Positions 56,758 to 64,000 of a DNA stretch of 64,000 bases are shown one piece after another. The stretch lies in the UHGV virus genome UHGV-1497419; one strand, 5' to 3'. The DNA is from a virus. Position 1 is the first letter of the stretch, and each line of letters opens with the position of its first letter. The translations under genes and the position numbers were made by a program. The notes beneath the pieces were generated by a model. It was not told where the DNA came from, did not search any database, and saw nothing but the letters and a program-made list of their open reading frames with translations.

Positions 56758-57864
56758 TTAGTCTGGTTTAGCGTCAGAACGAACGTCTACCAGCAACTGA
56801 GGACGTGTGCAGTATGGCAGCATGTAAGAGTGAGCTTCAAAGTCAATACCTTCGTCACGGTCTTTTTCGTATTCGAATACGTACAGTTCCTGACCAAGTG
56901 TATTTGCATAACCCATCTTAGGACATGGACCATATGCCACTTCGAAGATGTTGTTTGCTTCACCCAGCATAGAAACGTTAGGGAAAGCATGACCTACACC
57001 AACAGTTGCTGCTACACTATCAATACTCACCAGAGTGTGAACCTTACCACGCTTGTCTTTGAACTTACCGTTGTACTGGACAAACTTAACACCACCGTAG
57101 TAGAAAGTGTTCATGTGAGCCTGAACGCCGTCAGTACCACCAGTTCTCAGAGAACCAGTAATCTGTTGCCAAGCCAGCGGAGTCTGCTGTGCAAGATAAG
57201 CGTCACGAATCTTAGGGTGTTTAACCAGTTTGCTGAAGAATAAGCGGTCAACAACTACGTGAATTTCTTCACCGTTGATTACAGTGCCAGTCTTAGCTTC
57301 GTCTTCCATGTGCATACGCAGTTCTTCAATAGCAGCGTCAATGTCAGCATTAGGGTTGTCAAGGTCGAAGTAAACAGTCTTCTTCTGAACGTCGAACTGC
57401 TGGTACAGGTCAGCATACAGAGTACCACGAGCATCAACAACTTTACCCTTCAGAGCTTGCATAAACAGGAACTCACGAGTAATATCGAACTTGGTACGAA
57501 TCTTCATCAGCTTCTTAGCACGTACTACAGCTTCAGTAGTTAGTTCGTTTGCAGTGCCTGGCTGACGTACACCCTGAATCTCATCAGGAGTAATGCTTTC
57601 AACTTCTTTGAAGTACATCATTGGGAAGCTGATTTGACGAACACGCTCAGGTGCGCTAGTCTCTGCTTTACGGCTATCACGGTCTACCGCATCAAGCAAG
57701 CTAACATCCCAATCAGTCAAGTCCATAAGGAAAGTAGTTTGGGTGATTGGTGCTGAACGGAACAGACCTAAGTTGGAAATATACCCATAAGTATTAGGGA
57801 TAGACTGGACTTCACCAGTCAGGTCAGCAAGGAAAAATCTGCTTTTTTCAGAATTAGTCAACAT
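56758..57864 (-). CDS. major capsid protein
   Basis: 368 aa, preceded by protease-scaffold and decoration genes (lambda-like head gene order); positional and size-based. Confidence 0.6.
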   Translation of the reverse strand: MLTNSEKSRFFLADLTGEVQSIPNTYGYISNLGLFRSAPITQTTFLMDLTDWDVSLLDAVDRDSRKAETSAPERVRQISFPMMYFKEVESITPDEIQGVRQPGTANELTTEAVVRAKKLMKIRTKFDITREFLFMQALKGKVVDARGTLYADLYQQFDVQKKTVYFDLDNPNADIDAAIEELRMHMEDEAKTGTVINGEEIHVVVDRLFFSKLVKHPKIRDAYLAQQTPLAWQQITGSLRTGGTDGVQAHMNTFYYGGVKFVQYNGKFKDKRGKVHTLVSIDSVAATVGVGHAFPNVSMLGEANNIFEVAYGPCPKMGYANTLGQELYVFEYEKDRDEGIDFEAHSYMLPYCTRPQLLVDVRSDAKPD

Positions 57865-57897
57865 TGTAAAATTCTCCAGAATGTCTTATTATTGTTA

Positions 57898-58275
57898 TTA
57901 CAGGCCAGTTGGTACGAAATCAATACCTTTAGCAGCCAGAGCTGCCTTAACACTATCAGCATTAACACTTGCTTCAAGAGTAAGCATGTCTTTCAGTTCT
58001 GCATCGCGGTAGATGCCTACCACTTTCAACTGACCATGATAAGACAGTTGTGAGTCTGCGTAGAAGTTAACGATACATACAGAGTCAGCCTGAGCTTCTT
58101 CCCCTGCTGCAACTTTAGTACCGTCTGCTTTCAGAACTTCACCTACACGGTATTCTGTTGAAGCAACTGGAGTGTACTCTTTACGAGAGTGACCTGTTGG
58201 GGTAATCTGTTCCCAAAGAATGATATCATTCAGAGGTTCTCTGTTACCTAACTTAGTAAAACCTTGATATGCCAT
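57898..58275 (-). CDS. putative head decoration protein
   Basis: 125-aa protein between the protease-scaffold and capsid genes, as lambda gpD. Confidence 0.4.
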   Translation of the reverse strand: MAYQGFTKLGNREPLNDIILWEQITPTGHSRKEYTPVASTEYRVGEVLKADGTKVAAGEEAQADSVCIVNFYADSQLSYHGQLKVVGIYRDAELKDMLTLEASVNADSVKAALAAKGIDFVPTGL

Positions 58276-58286
58276 TATTGTGTTCC

Positions 58287-59633
58287 TTATTTGATAAGAG
58301 ATTTTAGAGCATTCTGGAGAGCCAGTTTGCGTTGTTCAGCGGTGTCTTCGGAAGCATTCTTAGCTGGTTCTTTTTCTTCTTCAACCAAATCAGCTTCGCC
58401 GTCATTACCCATTTCTTCCATAGCGTTGGAATGCTCAAGAACAGCACCAGCAGTTTCTTTCAGCTTGGTAATTTCTGATTCTTTTTCTTCCATTGCAGAA
58501 GCATGGGACGCGATAGTTTCATTAAGTTTCTGGTTAGCACCTTCCATAGCATTCATAAACAGAACACTCAGAGGGTTATCAAGACCAGCACCTAAAATAG
58601 TCGTTGCAGCTTCTTTTGCATCAAATCCAAAAGCTTCAGCAGAAGCAGAAATCTTATTAGTCAAATCTGACAAAGCAGCTTCCTGTTCTTTAGCTTTCAT
58701 TTGAGCAACCTGAAGACGCAAAGCTTCTAGTTCTTGCTTTTCTTGTTCAGTCATTTCTTCACCTGAATTGTTAACGTTTAAACTTACAGGAGCCTCTTCA
58801 GAACCTTGTAAGTAATTTAAGAAATCATCTTGAGACATGATTGAGTTAATTAAACCAAGTTCAAGAGCTTCCTGAGCAGAATAAACATTCGCCTCAGTAT
58901 TCTTTACAGCTTCTTCAGAGAGATTACGAGATTCGGCTACAAAACCTGTAAAGGTTGCGTAGGTATCATTAATTCTCTTTTGAAGTCTTTCTTTGCTTTC
59001 TTCTGAGAGTGCTTGGAATGGTGAACCCATACCTTTAAACTCACCAGCTTTGATGACGTTAATTGTTACGCCATTCTTTTCAAATGCCTTAGTTAATTCC
59101 TGATGAACCATAATTACACCAATAGAACCAACATCTGCATCTGGTGATGCAATAATTTCTTCAGCAGAAGATGCAAGAGCGTATGCAGCGGAACAAGCGA
59201 ACTCATCTACATAAGCAATAATTTTCTTTTGGCCTCTTGAAGCCATAATGTGACGTGCTAATTCAAAGCAACCTGAAGCTTCACCACCACCAGAATCGAT
59301 GTGCAGAACAATAGTCTTGATTGACTCATCTGCTAAAGCTTCGTCAAAGCCTCTACGCAAACCTTCATAAGAGCTTAATCCACCTGTACACATTGCATCA
59401 ATGAATGTCATACGATGGGTTAAACCACCCATAATAGGAATAATAGCAATGTCATCTTTTACTTTTAAAAGACTTCTTGCTTCACCTTTGGGTTTATCAA
59501 AGTTTACTGCTGCTTGGACATCACCCAGCAATCTGTTATTCACATAAGTTGCTGCTGAGTGAGCTAATGATTCAGTGGCTAGTAAAGGTTGGTTGAATAA
59601 TCTATCAGCAAGTCTGAAGATATTCGAACTCAT
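58287..59633 (-). CDS. prohead protease (S49/ClpP-like) fused to a scaffold-like C-terminal domain
   Basis: IVLHIDSGGGEA and ACSAAYALAS serine-protease blocks; C-terminal helical repeat region EELEALRLQVAQMKAKEQEA. Confidence 0.7.
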   Translation of the reverse strand: MSSNIFRLADRLFNQPLLATESLAHSAATYVNNRLLGDVQAAVNFDKPKGEARSLLKVKDDIAIIPIMGGLTHRMTFIDAMCTGGLSSYEGLRRGFDEALADESIKTIVLHIDSGGGEASGCFELARHIMASRGQKKIIAYVDEFACSAAYALASSAEEIIASPDADVGSIGVIMVHQELTKAFEKNGVTINVIKAGEFKGMGSPFQALSEESKERLQKRINDTYATFTGFVAESRNLSEEAVKNTEANVYSAQEALELGLINSIMSQDDFLNYLQGSEEAPVSLNVNNSGEEMTEQEKQELEALRLQVAQMKAKEQEAALSDLTNKISASAEAFGFDAKEAATTILGAGLDNPLSVLFMNAMEGANQKLNETIASHASAMEEKESEITKLKETAGAVLEHSNAMEEMGNDGEADLVEEEKEPAKNASEDTAEQRKLALQNALKSLIK

Positions 59634-59644
59634 TTTTACTCACC

Positions 59645-59977
59645 CTATTTGTTTAAATCTACAGAGACTGAAGAGATAACATAGATACCTTCTTCAGCAA
59701 AGAATTGAGGTTTGCTAAGAGCACCAGTTGCCACGCATTTATCGTTAGCATCCCACAAGCTATAGTGTGAGACCGTTGCAGAAGCTGGAACAGTAATATT
59801 AACTGTATCTTCTGAGGCAATTAAGCCATTATCCGGTTCAGAAAAATAAATAGCCACTGGCTGAGTAACCTTATTTGCTGTAGGGTCTGCCGTTGGGTCT
59901 ACATTGTGTAAAATAATAGTCGTTGGGGTTAGCGTGGCGAGGATTTTATTCTTACCATCAATAGTTAATGTTCCCAT
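59645..59977 (-). CDS. hypothetical protein
   Basis: 110-aa ORF in the head module. Confidence 0.3.
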   Translation of the reverse strand: MGTLTIDGKNKILATLTPTTIILHNVDPTADPTANKVTQPVAIYFSEPDNGLIASEDTVNITVPASATVSHYSLWDANDKCVATGALSKPQFFAEEGIYVISSVSVDLNK

Positions 59978-60477
59978 TAATTAAACCTTACTTTTTGTTT
60001 AAGGACTGTTGAATGGTTACCAGATTCATCTACCACATTTACAATCATATCATATACTTTACCTTTGACAAGTACTTTGTAATCATTTTGTGAAAAAATG
60101 TATTCAAGTCTGTTTGTTTCTTTATTAACTGTCATTGGAGATTGAAATGCAGTGTCGAGGGTAATGAAAGCGGCTTCAATGCTATTAACATTGATACGTT
60201 TATTCTCGCAGTTATATAACTTTACACCCAAAAGGCATGAACTGTCAAATGGAATTTTAACAATTTCACTACAATTTCCTGAAATAAACGGTTTTCCACT
60301 CATTGGTGCATCAAGTAACCTACAAATAGTGAAAACGTCAGAGATTCCACCATCACTAACATAACCTGAAAGGCTGACCCTTGAGCCAGCCTCTACAGAT
60401 AGCCTATCAGTAATGATAAGAACACCTCTATACGAATGCACTCGTGCAGCATTTGAAATAGAGATAACTTCAGCCAT
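59977..60477 (-). CDS. hypothetical head protein
   Basis: 166-aa ORF in the head module. Confidence 0.3.
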   Translation of the reverse strand: MAEVISISNAARVHSYRGVLIITDRLSVEAGSRVSLSGYVSDGGISDVFTICRLLDAPMSGKPFISGNCSEIVKIPFDSSCLLGVKLYNCENKRINVNSIEAAFITLDTAFQSPMTVNKETNRLEYIFSQNDYKVLVKGKVYDMIVNVVDESGNHSTVLKQKVRFN

Positions 60478-61943
60478 TATTTATTTGCCTTATTTGCTGT
60501 GCTTGGGTCTTTCGCTGAAGGTGTCTTTGCAGTACCTTCTCCAGCGGTCTTATAACCATCTCCTGAACGGCTTTGGCTATTCGGAGAAAGCTTTTCAGAT
60601 ACTGGCTGAGACTCATCAGCAGGAGGAAGACCAATATGCTCTCTAAGTTTGTTAGATAGCTCTTTGTCAACTTCCAAAGCACCTACTGCAACAGTCTTCT
60701 GAATATAAGAACCAATTGCTTCAAGGTCTGGAGTTTCGATATCATCATATGTGATTTGTACATGTTCTTCATCATCCCACATATTAAGAGCATAAGTCTG
60801 TGCAACTAAGTCACGGTTAATTACGTTCTTAATTTGCTTCAGCAGAATATCTACTGACATTGCTAATAGACTTGTCTTAGAATCTGCAAGAGAGAATGAA
60901 CCGTACTTTGACTGACCCATAGCAAGAACATCTGACATAAATGCCATCATAATCTGCTTAGAATATCTGTCAATGATAGAGCCTGTGTCATATGCTTTAG
61001 CACCCTGTCTAGAAACTAATGAGAACTCAAAGATATCCTCTTTAGTTTCTGGGTCGATATATCTAGGCCAGATTAAACCTGCTCTGTCATTAGCAATCAT
61101 ATCATTAACAACAGTTTTGCAGTATTGTACGAAAGCTTTCTTTTCAGGTTCTGCATTTTCATCCAGATAATCTGGTGGTAAACCAATCTTTGGCATACCT
61201 ACTAAGTCTCTTGAAACACCAACAGCTTCGTACTCTTCAATCTGTACTTTATACTTCCACGGTACATAAGCATTAAGTAATGGTGAACGACCTTCTGGAT
61301 TTCCATATTCATCGTCATACTTAAACAGCATGAATTTAGCTCGTGGAAGTTTTCTTGTCAGTGGTCTTTCTCCGAGATTAATTGCTCCAGCAATATGTGA
61401 AACATTTCTCAGATTTTGTCTGACACCAGTAACTTTTCTAAAGTCTTCGTCAAAATACCACTTATCAAGTGTTGATTGGTTTCTGATTGGTAATTTAGCC
61501 CATCCAATTAAACCGTCATCAAATTTTGACTGGTACTTTCCTTTCTTACCCTGACGTTTCTTATAAACCTTTTCATTAACACAGAACCCATAAGTGCAGA
61601 ATGACATTACAGAATTAATAAAATCTGCCCAATCATGCTCCATGTCATCCATTAAAGAATTAAAGAAGTCTGCTCTTTCAAGCATTTTAGGGTCTTGCTC
61701 TTTTCCCTTTGGAGGTACGAATCTCCAGTTGACTTTTCTGACAAACATCTTAATAATATTTACAGATGCTGCTACAGCAGGGTCACGCATCATTAATTGG
61801 AAAGTTTTAATACTTTCAGGGAACCTTAGTGCCTGACGAGGTTCTTCATAGATTCTTCCATTCTTAACCTTCAGACCCAAAGAACCTACTTCACCCATTC
61901 TAAATGGTGGTAAGCTTTCTTGTGTTTCTGTAATATCTGCCAT
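60477..61943 (-). CDS. portal protein
   Basis: 488-aa protein immediately downstream of the large terminase; positional. Confidence 0.55.
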   Translation of the reverse strand: MADITETQESLPPFRMGEVGSLGLKVKNGRIYEEPRQALRFPESIKTFQLMMRDPAVAASVNIIKMFVRKVNWRFVPPKGKEQDPKMLERADFFNSLMDDMEHDWADFINSVMSFCTYGFCVNEKVYKKRQGKKGKYQSKFDDGLIGWAKLPIRNQSTLDKWYFDEDFRKVTGVRQNLRNVSHIAGAINLGERPLTRKLPRAKFMLFKYDDEYGNPEGRSPLLNAYVPWKYKVQIEEYEAVGVSRDLVGMPKIGLPPDYLDENAEPEKKAFVQYCKTVVNDMIANDRAGLIWPRYIDPETKEDIFEFSLVSRQGAKAYDTGSIIDRYSKQIMMAFMSDVLAMGQSKYGSFSLADSKTSLLAMSVDILLKQIKNVINRDLVAQTYALNMWDDEEHVQITYDDIETPDLEAIGSYIQKTVAVGALEVDKELSNKLREHIGLPPADESQPVSEKLSPNSQSRSGDGYKTAGEGTAKTPSAKDPSTANKANK

Positions 61944-61960
61944 TCTTCTTCACCTAGCTA

Positions 61961-63577
61961 TCAACGTCTAAGCCCCTCATATGGGTTTCCTCTCACTAAG
62001 TCTGTGTGAGCACCCATTGATGGTGGCTTGAATAATTTAACTTCGTTAAGACTGTTGAAAGCATCACTGGTAGCATCCACTTGGTCATCTTTAGTTTTGC
62101 CATCACCACAAAAGCCTTCAAGCTCTTGAAAGTAAGCTTCGTTCCAACTACCTCTCAAGACTTTTACAAGTCCAGCTTCAGAAGCAGCAGAAAATCCCGC
62201 AAAGCGGGTAACTTTATCTTTATTTGTTGGTTTAGCTCTTGCACGATAGCCTTTCTCGGCAAGTTTCCTGATGAGGGATGTTGCGTAGGATTTACCAGCA
62301 GCGCCTGGGTCTTGAGGGATAAAAATACCAGTTCGCTTACCGTCACTTTCAGCAGTCAAATTAATTTGTGTTTCGACTCCAGAGGGTCTATCTCTAAATC
62401 TTACTACATCAATGATATAATAGCAACCGTCTTTTTTAGATTTACCCATCTTAACACCTGCTGTCCAGTCTGGATTAGGGTTAACCTCAGATGGTAAAGT
62501 TGCTGCTAAGTCCCATGCTCTAACATCAAATACATCTTCTGGGAGTGAATCAACAATCTCACACCATTGTCTTTGCCAATAGTTTGAACCTTCTGCACGA
62601 GCCTTCCAGTTACCGAAACGAAGTCTTGCAACGTTTACAGGGGTGTTGTTTTCCAACTTACCACGGTACTTAGGTTCTAAGAAGTCAAGGATTGGGTTAT
62701 CATCAATCGTACCAGAGATAAAGGTGTATGTTTGAGGAATCTCAAGAGGGAACATTTCAAGAATCTTGTCTCTCTCCCAATCAGAAACCATCACACCATC
62801 ATTCATTACATACCAACGAATACGACCACACTTTTCAGGGTCTGGATAACCTTCTTCATCTAAGAAAGGTTCTACCCAATCGTAAATAAAGTGGTCTCTG
62901 TCTGGGTTCATAGAAATCTTCATGTATGAATCACCTTCAGCACCAGAACGTAGACGGGTTTGTAGGTATGAAATCTGTGAAGCAGAGAAGTGTGTACCTT
63001 CGTCAAAGTAAATAGCTGAGTATTCAATACCCTGATGACCTTCAGCGTGTTTTTCAAGTTCTAAATAAGTAAACTTGATAGTTGCCCCAGAAGGGAATGT
63101 GATAGTCATCTTCTGCTCGTGAGGAACCCCACCAAACTTACCAAATAGTTTCTTTGCAGCAGGCCATAAACCACCTTGTAACTGTGTTGTATTTCGACGG
63201 AAATATACAGCATTATAGTTAGGGTCTTCAATAAACCTTAAAGAGTCCATTAACAATGCAGCAGTTTTACCAGCACCAGCAGCACCACCATAGAGAACCA
63301 AGTCAGCATTAGTATTTAAAAAGACCTCTTGAGAACCCGGCTGAGGGGCTACATAGTTCTTATCAGTCATCAATTTAAAGATAAGGCGAACTTGGTCTGG
63401 TGTGTATCTTAATAAAGTCAGAATTTGAGTTGGAAGGAATTTAGAGGGGTCTTTACCGAATGATTTGATAATTTCTTTTACTTCATCAGAAAGCCCCAAC
63501 TCTCCAGCTAGGACTTTCCTAACATCTTCCACTCGCTTCTGCTTAACAGCATTTAAGTCCATTAAGCACCTCCGCAA
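61961..63577 (-). CDS. terminase large subunit
   Basis: Walker A LYGGAAGAGKT near the N-terminus; 538 aa; first large gene of the structural operon. Confidence 0.8.
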   Translation of the reverse strand: MRRCLMDLNAVKQKRVEDVRKVLAGELGLSDEVKEIIKSFGKDPSKFLPTQILTLLRYTPDQVRLIFKLMTDKNYVAPQPGSQEVFLNTNADLVLYGGAAGAGKTAALLMDSLRFIEDPNYNAVYFRRNTTQLQGGLWPAAKKLFGKFGGVPHEQKMTITFPSGATIKFTYLELEKHAEGHQGIEYSAIYFDEGTHFSASQISYLQTRLRSGAEGDSYMKISMNPDRDHFIYDWVEPFLDEEGYPDPEKCGRIRWYVMNDGVMVSDWERDKILEMFPLEIPQTYTFISGTIDDNPILDFLEPKYRGKLENNTPVNVARLRFGNWKARAEGSNYWQRQWCEIVDSLPEDVFDVRAWDLAATLPSEVNPNPDWTAGVKMGKSKKDGCYYIIDVVRFRDRPSGVETQINLTAESDGKRTGIFIPQDPGAAGKSYATSLIRKLAEKGYRARAKPTNKDKVTRFAGFSAASEAGLVKVLRGSWNEAYFQELEGFCGDGKTKDDQVDATSDAFNSLNEVKLFKPPSMGAHTDLVRGNPYEGLRR

Positions 63578-63583
63578 ATAGAA

Positions 63584-63784
63584 TTATTCAGAGTCTGTAG
63601 CAGTCTCTTCTTTCTTAACTTCGAACTTTGCATCAACAGCATCAAGAAGTGCATCCATAGATGCTTCTTTAATATCAATACCTGTTGCTACAGACAATCT
63701 GTCTGCAATTGCCATGATAGTATTCTGCATAAATTCTAGCTTTTTGTTAGCTTCATAAAGTTCTTTATAAACGGTCTCACTCAT
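63584..63784 (-). CDS. hypothetical protein upstream of terminase (too short for a typical small terminase)
   Basis: 66-aa ORF with GGAG 9 nt upstream. Confidence 0.35.
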   Translation of the reverse strand: MSETVYKELYEANKKLEFMQNTIMAIADRLSVATGIDIKEASMDALLDAVDAKFEVKKEETATDSE

Positions 63785-63810
63785 TATGTTTTCTCCAAAT
63801 AATTAACCAT

Positions 63811-63854
63811 GTTTCTCCTTAAAAAAGACGGCACAGAGACCGTCAAGGAGAAAC
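63811..63854 (-). terminator. nested hairpin: inner terminator GACGG-N8-CCGTC plus T6 on the minus strand, enclosed by a perfect 10-bp inverted repeat GTTTCTCCTT/AAGGAGAAAC
   Basis: Read from the sequence; the outer arm contains a Shine-Dalgarno-like AAGGAG. Confidence 0.45.
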
Positions 63855-63910
63855 CACAATGTACGTCAGAGACATACTGTATAAGCCTTCTTATAAAGTA
63901 TAACTCTGTA

Positions 63911-63971
63911 AAAAAGCCCTGTCTAAAAATACTCTTCGGTAGCGAAAGGAAGAATACTTATAGCAGGGCAT
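63911..63971 (-). terminator. putative structured terminator (GCCCTG ... CAGGGC with long internal loop, T6 on minus strand)
   Basis: Inverted repeat with an A-run on the plus strand upstream of the structural operon. Confidence 0.3.
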
Positions 63972-64000
63972 TATTATTATTTTAATTGAGAGAGAGTAAA

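Noticed and set aside
63584-63784. 66-aa ORF upstream of terminase as the small terminase subunit
   Set aside because: Too short for typical small terminase subunits and no recognisable DNA-binding motif; left as hypothetical. The true small subunit may lie outside the window or be absent.

Overview
This window reads as a large section of a virulent, contractile-tailed dsDNA phage genome, probably from an enterobacterial host. The gene content resembles Felix-O1-like myoviruses, but that is a recollection-based impression, not a database result. All calls rest on reading the supplied ORF translations for motifs and on gene order; no homology search was run. There are three transcriptional blocks. 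Block 1 (258-29337, minus strand) carries early and metabolic genes: a TARG1/OARD1-like macrodomain protein, a lysis cassette (signal-peptide lytic transglycosylase plus an overlapped spanin pair), rIIA/rIIB-like genes, an adjacent NAMPT-like and PRPP-synthetase-like pair, aerobic and anaerobic ribonucleotide reductases (nrdA, nrdB, nrdD, nrdG, glutaredoxin), a MazG-like protein, an RNase H-like flap nuclease, a putative SSB, a T7-gp4-like primase-helicase and a dNMP kinase. Block 2 (29595-39984, plus strand) carries a family A DNA polymerase, an ATP-dependent DNA ligase, an HTH regulator, dihydrofolate reductase and thymidylate synthase. Block 3 (40021-63784, minus strand) is the late structural module: large terminase, portal, S49 protease-scaffold, decoration protein, major capsid protein, sheath, tube, chaperones with a -1 frameshift site, tape measure, a Mu/P2-like baseplate and two His-x-His-rich tail fibres. 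The most unusual features are: the NAMPT-like/Prs-like pair, a candidate NARP1-type NAD+ reconstitution counter-defence module; two copies of a roughly 230-bp structured GT-rich element that flank a two-gene cassette of unknown function; and the macrodomain protein. No tRNA, CRISPR array, integrase or rRNA was recognised.
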